A DNA stretch of 64,000 nt from an uncultured Clostridium sp. (GTDB taxonomy: Bacteria; Bacillota; Clostridia; TANB77; CAG-508), in contig CAYJKU010000003.1 in NCBI GenBank assembly GCA_964371215.1, forward strand, positions 14,458 to 78,457, read 5' to 3'. The notes below the pieces were generated by a model. It worked only from the letters and a program-made list of their open reading frames with translations. It ran no database searches and was not told the origin of the DNA. This document shows positions 32,001 to 40,805 of the stretch, piece by piece. The stretch's first letter is position 1. The number at the start of each line of letters is the position of its first letter. The position numbers were made by a program, and so were the translations under genes.

Positions 32001-33727
32001 AAATCTATTTTTTCTATATCATTAGGCATTGTAATTATGAACTGTGGATTTTTATATAAATCATATTTTTCATCAGTAGTATTTAATTCGATTTTCATTT
32101 CAATATTGTTTTTAACTACTGTAGATAATTCTGTTCTATTTGTTTCAAAAGAAGCTTTTGTAATTGTTTCAACTAATTTAGTTGAAGCTTCTGCGACAAC
32201 TGGTATATTTGAAGTATTTGCTTCATTGTATTTTGCAGAAACTGTTGTTTTTAAACTTTCTGCTGCTTTTTCAACTGATTCTGTTGAATTTTTAATAGTT
32301 TTTGTATTAGTTATAATTAATTTGCCTTCATCTATTGGCGCTGATGTTTTAAATTCAATTGATGTTATATCTGCTGGATATACAACAACTATATTTCCTT
32401 CAGCATCAACTTCTAAATTTTTAGTTATTGTTACTAATGTTTCCCCAGTTATATTATTTAATACTTGTATAGTTCCTGATTCACCTAAAACTTTAATCAT
32501 ATTTTCTTTATTGATTTTAGTTTCAGTAAATACCATATTTACTGTTTCTTCTGAATCTGTTGTTACATATTTTCCTGCATTTTCTTCTATAATAATATCA
32601 TCTATAACTTCTGAGTAATTTACTTCTACTGTTGTTACAGTTTGAATTGTTTCTTCTATGTCTGAATATATATTACCTTTATATATTTCTTTTTGGGCAG
32701 AATCCACATTAACTTCTATAATAGAATCTTTTTCTTCTACTATTGTTGCTATCCCTGCTTTTTCTATTTCTGTACTATTATATAAAGTTATTTTTGCTGT
32801 TGAAGTTATATCTTTATCTTGTACAACTGCATCTTTATCATAAACAAGTGTAACAATTATTTCTTCTTGTCCTGATTTTTTCCAGTTAACATCTTTATCT
32901 TGATTTGCTTCATTTTGTAATGTGAATACATATTCATCAGTTGTAGTTGAATAATTATTTTGTTGCTTAGTCATATTATTCATGTTCACAACACTTGCGA
33001 CTGATTCTGGATTTTTCCCATCTATTTCTGGAACATTTATTACAACTTCCATATTTTGGATTGGGTAATTATTTTCAATTAATCCTGCTTCTACTTTTAC
33101 TTGTACAACTCTTTTTTCTTCTCCTTGTACTTGCATTAATTTATTTGTAATCACTTCCATATTATTCACAACTTCAGCTGTAGTATTATTTTCAACTATT
33201 GTTACTGTTATATCTCTACTAGCTGTTATTTGAATATCTTTTTCAGTACTATCTTTATAATTTCCTTCTATAGAAAATGTAGTAGCACTACTTAAAGAAT
33301 CTAAATTGAATTTATTATTTTCAATATTTAGATTCATTTTTACTTTTAACTCTAATTTAGAGCCAACATTTACTTGATTTAAAGTAATGGTATTTGATGT
33401 CATTTCTTTAATGTTTACATCTTCCATTTCTTCAAATGTAAATTTGTTCCCTTCAAGAGTTACTTTACCATCAAAATACCCTTCGTTTAATACATCTACA
33501 TAGATATATGCATAGATATCTTGATTGTTATATGCTGTCTGAATATTGTCAATCGACTCACCTTCAGCAGTTTTAAAATACACGTCAAATTCGACGTTAT
33601 CATGATTTGTTGTTATATTACTTGCTCCATAACTTACTAAGTTCAGCGCAATTAATACAAAATTATTTATGGTTAATATTGCGATCAAAAATATAACCAT
33701 TATAAGTTTAAATATTTTATTGTTCAT
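28925..33727 (-). CDS. giant surface-anchored protein with DUF11-like repeats and an SdrD-B-like module
   Basis: N-terminal signal or anchor ending SYGA. DUF11-like units (GEVIKYSVRVENTGTVDVTDVKITG; NDTIVYDLEISNNQNTEVVQVKVTD). An acidic Pro linker DPGTDPEDPEDPNVDPEDP. SGVAWEDLNTNGIKDSGEP...DEKGVYLLENIDEGSYIV. C-terminal tripartite signal. It lies 19 nt upstream of the 1377-aa gene, which has its own GGAGG SD. Confidence 0.8.
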   Translation of the reverse strand: MNNKIFKLIMVIFLIAILTINNFVLIALNLVSYGASNITTNHDNVEFDVYFKTAEGESIDNIQTAYNNQDIYAYIYVDVLNEGYFDGKVTLEGNKFTFEEMEDVNIKEMTSNTITLNQVNVGSKLELKVKMNLNIENNKFNLDSLSSATTFSIEGNYKDSTEKDIQITASRDITVTIVENNTTAEVVNNMEVITNKLMQVQGEEKRVVQVKVEAGLIENNYPIQNMEVVINVPEIDGKNPESVASVVNMNNMTKQQNNYSTTTDEYVFTLQNEANQDKDVNWKKSGQEEIIVTLVYDKDAVVQDKDITSTAKITLYNSTEIEKAGIATIVEEKDSIIEVNVDSAQKEIYKGNIYSDIEETIQTVTTVEVNYSEVIDDIIIEENAGKYVTTDSEETVNMVFTETKINKENMIKVLGESGTIQVLNNITGETLVTITKNLEVDAEGNIVVVYPADITSIEFKTSAPIDEGKLIITNTKTIKNSTESVEKAAESLKTTVSAKYNEANTSNIPVVAEASTKLVETITKASFETNRTELSTVVKNNIEMKIELNTTDEKYDLYKNPQFIITMPNDIEKIDLKNVELMYAEGLAIKNYSVNGRDIIIDLEGEQIAYPTLNTLVLVDVDLTVNAKATTAENSIVMKYTNENANRYEVTTYGEETAKIKTVAATDVTLVSTIPSLGKEVLAGQEESVIDIEVGQEVKNLELGFEVINNNSESIKDVKIMGNFPTNNTNNNMNVSVTANMAVTTTNDITIYYTENENATDDVTNTSNGWKTTIDNGTLVKKYLVVVNNPMASGEIIEGRYSIAIPANLVYNQKTDVNYQVKYTNTVSSIENTLQSTNIELNTGVGPEVKAQISATVAGQPIINNEVKNGEVIKYSVRVENTGTVDVTDVKITGNIDEGTTLLSVMPEFEYSGDEYYLELSDTTYVKTIDSLKVGEVEIIEYEVKVKADTAENTEIIGTGSMQYNGAIVELSQVKNIVKKGVISTTIKRITEMDDDIYEHGTVEYLAIVENISSEVQNDISLNMNYSENLEIFKIINTSNSKSVELDSNAPVVIDSIEPGAKATYIFIMSIKNIENELIGQTNVSVSAVKDNVEYKSNVWTDEIYVHDVDIVMSTETPKYVKTNDTIVYDLEISNNQNTEVVQVKVTDMIPNQLTITRILVDGVEYQEEIYGNEIRMDLVLKPNQILKIQIEAIVDYSSIRESAETISNYAILEINGIEEGRTDEIIHIIEANIDTEDPGTDPEDPEDPNVDPEDPTIADGNQLISGVAWEDLNTNGIKDSGEPILKDVKVTLLDSEKNTLVRKTDGSILEVTTDEKGVYLLENIDEGSYIVIFEFDSKYGVTKYKVEGAAETVNSNATMTELVVDNETKTVPSTDIIVITDGNISDVNIGLIELKDFDLELNKYVSKVILQNNEGTTQFQYNKETLAKVEIDSRYVSGSTVIIEYVIEIVNSGEVEGQVRKIADYIPSDLEFSSEMNNTWYQTEGVLYNTTLVNDVIKPGETREIKLVLTKTMTQNNLGLVNNTAEIDEDYNELGISDINSTPGNKVKDENDMGLADLIIGIETGGDIYILVGTITGIIGLAIVAIILVGRNKKMKNKI

Positions 33728-33992
33728 AAAATGCCTCCTTTTTTATTACATACATAATTATATTATACCTTATATTGCCCATTTTTTCAAGCATTTGCTT
33801 CAATTTAAAGTTTTTTTATGTATACCTAAATTATATCCAACATTTTCCATATACGGATATAGGATTTTAGATATTAAAACTCTTTTATTACTTTTTTATT
33901 ACATATATATTTCAAATATATTACAATCACTTTTTATAATTTTGTTCATATTATATATAACAAATTACATATACATTAATAGAGGTGAATAT

Positions 33993-34466
33993 ATGAACAA
34001 TAATAATTTAAATTCAGATAATAATACAATGGATAAATTACAAGAAATGATGCAAAATGGGGATTTAAACAACATAGTTTCTCAAATTCCCCCAGACATG
34101 CTAAAAAATTTTTCAAATATGATGTCTAATTCTTCTCAAACAAATAACACAAGTACAAATGACACTCCAGATTTAGGCAATTTACTTGGAAATATGATGA
34201 ATAACTCTAATTCTAACTCTTCAAACCATTCAAGCCCTAATGGTTTTGATTTTAGCAATATAGATATGAATACTTTGCTTAAAATGAAATCAATAATAGA
34301 AAAAATGAATGGTTCAAATGATCCTAGATCAAATTTACTTCATTCATTAAAACCGTATTTAAGGGATGAAAAAAAAGGTAAAGTTGATCAATATGCCAAT
34401 TTATTGAATATGACTAAATTAACTGAGTTATTCAATAACCAAAACAACCCTAACAAAGGAGAATAG
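33993..34466 (+). CDS. Asn/Ser-rich low-complexity protein, unknown function
   Basis: Start set at the ATG at 33993 after AGAGGTGAA; the 5-prime extension in the ORF track has no support. The conserved-looking C-terminal block is DPRSNLLHSLKPYLRDEKKGKVDQYANLLNMTKL. Confidence 0.6.
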   Translation: MNNNNLNSDNNTMDKLQEMMQNGDLNNIVSQIPPDMLKNFSNMMSNSSQTNNTSTNDTPDLGNLLGNMMNNSNSNSSNHSSPNGFDFSNIDMNTLLKMKSIIEKMNGSNDPRSNLLHSLKPYLRDEKKGKVDQYANLLNMTKLTELFNNQNNPNKGE

Positions 34467-34471
34467 TTAAG

Positions 34472-34858
34472 ATGAGACCAACATTTCCAAATAGTCCATA
34501 TAATAGATATTATCACTATTATAATAATAGGATTAGAAATAGTAATTATTTCAAACCAGAAGAATACTTTCACGAAGAAGTTCAAGATAATTTGGTCGAA
34601 CCTTTTGAACGTGAAAAATCTTCTAATTTAACTGAATATACCAGAACACAAAAAAATAAGTCCTCTGGATTTAATTTTAATTTCCTTAATTTCGAAAATA
34701 TCTTCTCAGGTAACTCTGATGAGCCTATTTTCGAAATTTTGGGCATTAAATTATATCTTGATGACCTACTTATTTTGGGTTTATTATTTATTTTATATAA
34801 TGAAGGTGTAAAAGATGAAATGCTATTTATTGCTTTAGTATTGTTATTAATTGGATAA
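34472..34858 (+). CDS. hypothetical protein with hydrophobic C-terminus
   Basis: 128 aa, starting 5 nt after the preceding stop. A Tyr/Asn-rich N-terminus is followed by the C-terminal FEILGIKLYLDDLLILGLLFILYNEG...LFIALVLLLIG. Confidence 0.5.
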   Translation: MRPTFPNSPYNRYYHYYNNRIRNSNYFKPEEYFHEEVQDNLVEPFEREKSSNLTEYTRTQKNKSSGFNFNFLNFENIFSGNSDEPIFEILGIKLYLDDLLILGLLFILYNEGVKDEMLFIALVLLLIG

Positions 34859-34859
34859 T

Positions 34860-35471
34860 TTATTCAATAACTATCTTATCTTCTATTATACTTATATATG
34901 ATTGTTTGTGCATTGGTTCTTCTTCTCTATCTATTTCTTTAACAATATTTGCAATTCTTATTTGCACTGTATCTACCATTGCTGCTGCAATAATTGCTTC
35001 TTTATTACCATTTGCACCTGCATGCGCTAATCCTCTTAGAGAACCAACTATTATTATATTTTCTGATGCTATAACTTCTGCACCAGAATTTACATCACCA
35101 ATTATTACTAAACTTCCTTCTGTTTCTAATTTTTGACCTGAACGAAGTGATCCTCTATGAAACTTAGTTTCAGATTTTGCAATTTCTTCATTAAAAACTT
35201 TCTTAATACTGTATAGCCCTAGTGTTTTTGGTGCTTCAAAATCTATTTCTACATCTATTTTTGATTTAATAACTTCTTTAATTTCATCTATTTCTTTATT
35301 CTTTAACAATCTACCTGTTACTTTTATAGGAATACTTTCTTCTTTATATAATTTTTTAAGTTCTGGCATTTTCTTTTTTAAAATTGTAATTATTTGTTCA
35401 TATTCAACTTCTTCATTTAACTTAATTGTCGTTACATCTTTTTTTAAATTAATACTTATACAATTTTTCAT
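34860..35471 (-). CDS. minC: septum site-determining protein MinC
   Basis: The C-terminal beta-helix repeat RSGQKLETEGSLVIIGDVNSGAEVIASENIIIVGSLRGLAHAG is the MinC signature. Positioned after mreBCD-PBP2. Confidence 0.8.
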   Translation of the reverse strand: MKNCISINLKKDVTTIKLNEEVEYEQIITILKKKMPELKKLYKEESIPIKVTGRLLKNKEIDEIKEVIKSKIDVEIDFEAPKTLGLYSIKKVFNEEIAKSETKFHRGSLRSGQKLETEGSLVIIGDVNSGAEVIASENIIIVGSLRGLAHAGANGNKEAIIAAAMVDTVQIRIANIVKEIDREEEPMHKQSYISIIEDKIVIE

Positions 35472-35498
35472 ATTTTTACTTCCTTTTCTTATATATTT

Positions 35499-37616
35499 TT
35501 ATCTCATAAACTCTACATATGGTACTGCATTCATATTTTCATATACATCTTGTGTATTCATCCCAAAATATTCTTCCATTATTTCTCTTACTACTTCAGC
35601 TGTATAATGTCCTTTATTTCCATTTTCAACCATAACTACTATTGCTATTTCTGGATTTTCAAAAGGCGCAAATCCAACAAACCATGAATGAACTTCATTA
35701 TTAGGTGCTTCGGCTGAACCTGTTTTCCCTCCAACAGATATATCAAAATCTTTAAATCTTATATATGCTGTTCCACCTTCATCACTTGTTACTGATTCCA
35801 TACCTTCTAGCACCGCATCTAAATATTCTTGATTAATATCTAAATCTTCAATTTCTTGGTTTTCTATTCCTAATTTATTATTTATATATTTCTCTACTGT
35901 TTCTTCTGGTAACTCTATTCCATCTGAACTTCTAACTGATTTTACAATACTTGTATCTATTTTTGTTCCACCATTTGCTAACACACTTATATATTGTGCC
36001 ATTTGTAATACACTAAATTCATTATCACCTTGACCTATAGAGGCATTTAATGTGTTCCCTGGATTCCAATTAGGATCATCTGGATGTAGCTCTTGTTTTG
36101 TTTCTCTACTTGCTAAAACACCATTTGTCTCACCAGGAAGTTCTACACCTGTTTTCCCTCCGAGTCCAAAATATTTTGCAACAGATACTAGACTATCTAT
36201 TCCCATTCTATCTGAAACTTCATAGAAATAGTAATTACAAGATTTTTCTATAGCGTCTACTATATCTACCCAACCATGTCCTCTGCCATAATCTGTATAA
36301 TACCAACAATTCATTGTTATATCATATTTCTTATATTGTCCAACATCATTAATTTTTTCATCTAATCCAACAACACCTGATTCAAGTGCAGCTATTCCTG
36401 TTATCATTTTAAAAGTAGAACCTGGTGAATATGAATTTTGCACAGCTTTATTTACAAGCGGCTTAGCTTCATTATTAATATATGAATCCCATGCTGTTTG
36501 ACTTATTCCATTTGGATTTATAAAATCGTTTGGGTCATATGTTGGATAATTAGCCATTGCTAATATATCTCCTGTATCAACATCCATTACTACACATGTC
36601 CCTGCATCTGCATCATATGCTTCTCCAAAACCTCCACTAGCTATTTTTTGAATATTTGTTGCAAGTGATTGTTCAGCTACCTGCTGTAAGTTCGAATCAA
36701 TTGTAAGAACTATGTCTGATCCTGCTACGGCTTCTTGTGTTATATACTCTCCTGTAATTGTACCATCAACTGCCATATCTATTTGTTTTACACCATCTGT
36801 CCCTCTTAAAAGCTCTTCAAATGCATATTCAATTCCTGTTTTACCTATAATATCATTTTGATCATATGTATCTTTTTTCTTGTCATACTCTTCTGCACTA
36901 ATTTTAGAAGCATATCCCAATATATGTGAAGCTAATGTTCCTGATGTATATTCCCTTATTGGTTTTGCATATATATTAATTCCACCTAATTCTCCTGAAT
37001 TTTCACTTAGCCTAGCTACAGCCTCTTGTGGTAAATCTTCTGCGATTTGTACAGATTTCGTACTACTGTATCCCTGAATAGATATTTCATATCTAAGTGA
37101 TAATATTTTCCTAACATCTTCAATATTTTCATGTGTTATATCATATTTGTCTTTAAATTTATAAAAAGCTTCTTCTGCACTTATATTTTCATCTAATTTA
37201 TTCTGACTCTTCCAACTTACAAGCGTATTACCCGAAATTTCAAATTCAAATGGATTAATACTAATTGGAAAAGAATCTTCATATTTCACTTCATATTCTT
37301 CTAGTATATTAATAATATTTAATGCTGCATTATTAAGTTGATATTCCTCAATATTTGTTTTATATAATTCTAGTGAATATTGAGTTGTAGTTCCAACAAG
37401 TACTTGTCCAGATGAATCCATTATGCTTCCTCTTGCTGCTTCTAATGTTGTTTCTCTAGTAAGTCTAGTATTTGATTGTTCTCTATATTCTTCACCATTT
37501 ACTATCTGCAAATTAAATAATGCTATTATTAAAACAATACCTATTATATATATAATTAAAATCAAGATATTAAATCTTAGATTTATGTTCATTCTATTAA
37601 TATTGTCTTTACCCAA
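35499..37616 (-). CDS. class B penicillin-binding protein (PBP2 / SpoVD-type transpeptidase)
   Basis: N-terminal TM and dimerisation domain. Transpeptidase motifs STFK (SPGSTFKMITG), SCN (KSCNYYF) and KTG (GGKTGSAE). Confidence 0.9.
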   Translation of the reverse strand: MGKDNINRMNINLRFNILILIIYIIGIVLIIALFNLQIVNGEEYREQSNTRLTRETTLEAARGSIMDSSGQVLVGTTTQYSLELYKTNIEEYQLNNAALNIINILEEYEVKYEDSFPISINPFEFEISGNTLVSWKSQNKLDENISAEEAFYKFKDKYDITHENIEDVRKILSLRYEISIQGYSSTKSVQIAEDLPQEAVARLSENSGELGGINIYAKPIREYTSGTLASHILGYASKISAEEYDKKKDTYDQNDIIGKTGIEYAFEELLRGTDGVKQIDMAVDGTITGEYITQEAVAGSDIVLTIDSNLQQVAEQSLATNIQKIASGGFGEAYDADAGTCVVMDVDTGDILAMANYPTYDPNDFINPNGISQTAWDSYINNEAKPLVNKAVQNSYSPGSTFKMITGIAALESGVVGLDEKINDVGQYKKYDITMNCWYYTDYGRGHGWVDIVDAIEKSCNYYFYEVSDRMGIDSLVSVAKYFGLGGKTGVELPGETNGVLASRETKQELHPDDPNWNPGNTLNASIGQGDNEFSVLQMAQYISVLANGGTKIDTSIVKSVRSSDGIELPEETVEKYINNKLGIENQEIEDLDINQEYLDAVLEGMESVTSDEGGTAYIRFKDFDISVGGKTGSAEAPNNEVHSWFVGFAPFENPEIAIVVMVENGNKGHYTAEVVREIMEEYFGMNTQDVYENMNAVPYVEFMR

Positions 37617-37644
37617 TTTTTCACCTTCTATTCTTTAAACTATT

Positions 37645-38178
37645 TTAAAAATATCTTGTTAATATTTTACTTCCTTTGTAAGTATTTTCTATATAATACC
37701 CTGCTTTTTGTATAATTGGATATATTATTATTGTTATTAATATATTAAATAATACTTCTAATGCTAAAATTTGTATAAATGGAACTATTTCTACATTTAT
37801 ATTTATGAATATGTAACTAATTATATATTTTGCAACTTCAAATATTATTGTTGTTCCAAATACCATAAACATTATTATCATTCTATTATCTTTTGAAAAA
37901 TTTTTATCAAATACTCCTGCTAAAAAACCAATTCCACCTAAACATAGAGCATTTATCCCCACTACATTATTCAATAACAGATCTAATATTATCCCAGCTA
38001 CTACTCCATATACTGCACCTAATGTTTTAGATGCAAAAAGTCCTACAAAAAGCACAAATATAATAAATACATTAGGCCTTACACCAGATATATTAAACCA
38101 TGTAAAAAAATTACTTTGCAGGAAGTATATAATGAATATTGTAACTATTAAACATATATTTATTATGATTTTTTTCAC
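37645..38178 (-). CDS. mreD: rod shape-determining protein MreD
   Basis: 177-aa polytopic membrane protein directly downstream of mreC. Confidence 0.7.
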   Translation of the reverse strand: MKKIIINICLIVTIFIIYFLQSNFFTWFNISGVRPNVFIIFVLFVGLFASKTLGAVYGVVAGIILDLLLNNVVGINALCLGGIGFLAGVFDKNFSKDNRMIIMFMVFGTTIIFEVAKYIISYIFININVEIVPFIQILALEVLFNILITIIIYPIIQKAGYYIENTYKGSKILTRYF

Positions 38179-38190
38179 TTCATATACTCC

Positions 38191-39003
38191 TTACTTATTA
38201 TTAATTACCAAAACTGTATTTAATTTATCAAAATCTACTGCTGTTTTAACTGTTGCATACCTATCAACTAAATTTTGTGTATTTGTTATTTTTTCTACTG
38301 TTCCAACTTTTATCCCTTTAGGATAAATACCTCCAAGCCCTGAAGTTTCTAATGTATCCCCTTGTACAATGTTCGCACTTGTGGGAATATGCATAGCTTT
38401 TAATGTCGAGCTTTCTTCAAGTGTTCCTTTACAAATCAAACTATCTTCTGTAGAACTTAATGTTGCACTAATAGAACTTGCTGGATCTATTATTGTTTGT
38501 ATTTTTGCAGTATTTGAAGTTACAGATACCACATATCCCACAAGTCCTTCATCTGCAATGACTGTCATATTTTCTTCTACTCCATCATCAGCACCTATAT
38601 TTATTATAATTGTATTTGAATAGTTACTTAAATCTTTATTTATAATATATGCTGGTATTGTCTTATATTCACTATATTTCTCTGCTAACCCAAGATATTC
38701 TTTTAATGTTTCATTTTCTGTTTTAATATTTTCTAATTCTCTAAGTGATTGCTCTAATTCACTATTTTTCTTGATTAACTCTTCATTTTGTGTTTTTAAA
38801 TCATTAATATCTGTTAAAAATACATCATTTCCAGATAATTGATTTTTAATATATGTTAAACCATTTTGAATAGGCATTACAATGTTACTTACTGCATTTT
38901 CAAATATTGAACTTCCATTTTCTCCATTTGAAAATATTACTATAATTATTAATATTATTATTGTTATTATTACACCTACAATACCAACTTGTTTGTTTTT
39001 CAT
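38191..39003 (-). CDS. mreC: rod shape-determining protein MreC
   Basis: N-terminal TM, a coiled-coil (LKTQNEELIKKNSELEQSLRELENIK), and C-terminal beta domains with GLVGYV and SGLGGIYPKGIKVG. Confidence 0.85.
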   Translation of the reverse strand: MKNKQVGIVGVIITIIILIIIVIFSNGENGSSIFENAVSNIVMPIQNGLTYIKNQLSGNDVFLTDINDLKTQNEELIKKNSELEQSLRELENIKTENETLKEYLGLAEKYSEYKTIPAYIINKDLSNYSNTIIINIGADDGVEENMTVIADEGLVGYVVSVTSNTAKIQTIIDPASSISATLSSTEDSLICKGTLEESSTLKAMHIPTSANIVQGDTLETSGLGGIYPKGIKVGTVEKITNTQNLVDRYATVKTAVDFDKLNTVLVINNK

Positions 39004-39024
39004 TTTTACCTCTCTTAATATATA

Positions 39025-40056
39025 TTATCTTCTTTTCCTTGCATTAATTAAAACTATTTTTAATCTTTCTAAATCCTCTAAAACTTTACCTGTTCCTCTT
39101 ACTACAGAATCAAGTGGATTTTCTGTTACAAATACAGGCATCCCTGTTTGTTCACTTAGGAGTTTATCTAAATTCTTGATTAATGCTCCTCCACCTGCTA
39201 AAAAAATTCCTTTTTCCATTACATCTGATGCTAATTCTGGAGGTGTTTTTTCTAATGTTGTTTTAACTATTTCTACAATCTTATTTATTGATTCTTTAAT
39301 AGCTATTTCAATCTGAGTTGAAGATATTTCTATATTTTTCGGAAGACCTGTTGCCAAATCTCTTCCTCTAACTTCTAATTTTCTTTCTGTAACAAGTGGT
39401 GTAGCACAACCTAATTCTAATTTTATTTGTTCAGCTGTAGTTTCACCAATAGCTAAGTTTAATTCTTTTTTAATATAATTTACTATATCTTCATCTAAAT
39501 CATCCCCTGCTATTCTAAGAGAATGACTTACTACAACTCCACCTAATGAAATAACTGCTACTTCTGTTGTTCCTCCACCTATGTCCACAATTATGTTTCC
39601 ACTTGGTTCTTCTACATCAAGCCCTGCTCCTATAGCTGCTGCCATAGGTTCATCAATTAAATATACTTCTTTTGCACCTGCTTGTATAATTGATTCTTCT
39701 ACTGCTCTTTCTTCTACTTCTGTTATTCCAGATGGTACTCCTACAACAACTCTTGGTTTTCCCACCTTATGTCTTTTAGATACTTTAGAAATAATATTTT
39801 TAAGCATTAAGCTTGTTGCTGTAAAATCTGCAATAACTCCATCTTTTAATGGTCTGACTGCTTTTATTTGATCTGGAGTCCTTCCTAACATATCTTTTGC
39901 TTCTGTGCCTGTTGCTACAATTTCTCCTGATCTTCTATTTATCGCCACAACTGATGGTTCCTTTAGTACTATTCCTTTTCCCTTTAAAGTTACTAATATG
40001 TTTGCAGTTCCTAAATCTATTCCAATATCTTTTGAACCAAATTTCCAAAAACTCAT
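39025..40056 (-). CDS. mreB: rod shape-determining protein MreB
   Basis: DIGIDLGTANILV, the actin-fold motifs DIGGGTTEVAVISLGG and GIFLAGGGALIKNLDKLL. Start moved to the ATG at 40056 (MSFWKFGSKDIGIDLGT), which removes the overlap with radC. Confidence 0.95.
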   Translation of the reverse strand: MSFWKFGSKDIGIDLGTANILVTLKGKGIVLKEPSVVAINRRSGEIVATGTEAKDMLGRTPDQIKAVRPLKDGVIADFTATSLMLKNIISKVSKRHKVGKPRVVVGVPSGITEVEERAVEESIIQAGAKEVYLIDEPMAAAIGAGLDVEEPSGNIIVDIGGGTTEVAVISLGGVVVSHSLRIAGDDLDEDIVNYIKKELNLAIGETTAEQIKLELGCATPLVTERKLEVRGRDLATGLPKNIEISSTQIEIAIKESINKIVEIVKTTLEKTPPELASDVMEKGIFLAGGGALIKNLDKLLSEQTGMPVFVTENPLDSVVRGTGKVLEDLERLKIVLINARKRR

Positions 40057-40081
40057 TTCACATTTTCCTTTCATATTTGTA

Positions 40082-40777
40082 TTAATTATTTGCCATTTTA
40101 GAAAAAATACTTGTAAAATCTCCATCACCTATTACAATATGATCTAACAACTGAATATCTACTAATGCTGATGATTCAATTAATCTTTCTGTAAATTCTA
40201 TATCCGCATTACTTGGCGTAGAATCTCCACTTGGATGGTTATGGATTAAAATAATCTTTGGTGCATTTATTTTTAATGGTTCAGTTAAAATATCTTTAAC
40301 AGATATTTTAACTACATTTCCTCCACCTATTGCTACATTTTTTATTTTAATAATTTTATTTTTATTATCTAAAAGAACCACTTTAACCATTTCGTTTTTT
40401 TCATTTCTTAATTCTTCTATTAATACATTTGCTATATCTTGTGGTTTTTTTATTGTTATTTTCTTTATATTATTTGAATATGACATTCTAATAGCTAATT
40501 CACATATCGCTTTTATTTGAATAGCTTTAACTCTGCCTATTCCTTTTATATTTTTTAATTCTTCAACTGTTAAATTTTTTAAAAATCTAAGGTCACCTGT
40601 ATTTTCTTCACTCAAATTTAATATTTCTTGAGCTATACTTATTGATGTACTCTCTTTAGTTCCAGATTTTATTATTATTGCTAATAATTCAGCATTTGAA
40701 AGTATTTTCTCACCATACAATTCTAATTTTTCATATGGTCTTTCTAATTCTGGTAATTCTTTTATTCTAATTGTCAA
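40082..40777 (-). CDS. radC: RadC-like JAB domain protein
   Basis: N-terminal HhH region, C-terminal JAMM motif LIHNHPSGDSTPS, and the conserved position upstream of mreB. Confidence 0.9.
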   Translation of the reverse strand: MTIRIKELPELERPYEKLELYGEKILSNAELLAIIIKSGTKESTSISIAQEILNLSEENTGDLRFLKNLTVEELKNIKGIGRVKAIQIKAICELAIRMSYSNNIKKITIKKPQDIANVLIEELRNEKNEMVKVVLLDNKNKIIKIKNVAIGGGNVVKISVKDILTEPLKINAPKIILIHNHPSGDSTPSNADIEFTERLIESSALVDIQLLDHIVIGDGDFTSIFSKMANN

Positions 40778-40805
40778 ATATCTCCTTTATATATATTACC
40801 CCAAA

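Noticed and set aside
29499-32618. Several long plus-strand ORFs (29499-29942, 30321-30653, 31530-31901, 32037-32618) antisense to the 1600-aa gene, with similar ones opposite the 1377-aa gene
   Set aside because: They lie entirely within a much longer, motif-rich minus-strand gene and lack SD sequences. They encode Ser/Phe/Ile/Val-rich low-complexity peptides typical of shadow frames in AT-rich genes.
33669-33992. 5-prime extension of the Asn-rich ORF (track start 33669)
   Set aside because: The extension runs through the divergent promoter region and overlaps the start of the 1600-aa gene. It is pure Ile/Phe/Tyr/Leu low complexity, and a good SD (AGAGGTGAA) precedes the internal ATG at 33993.
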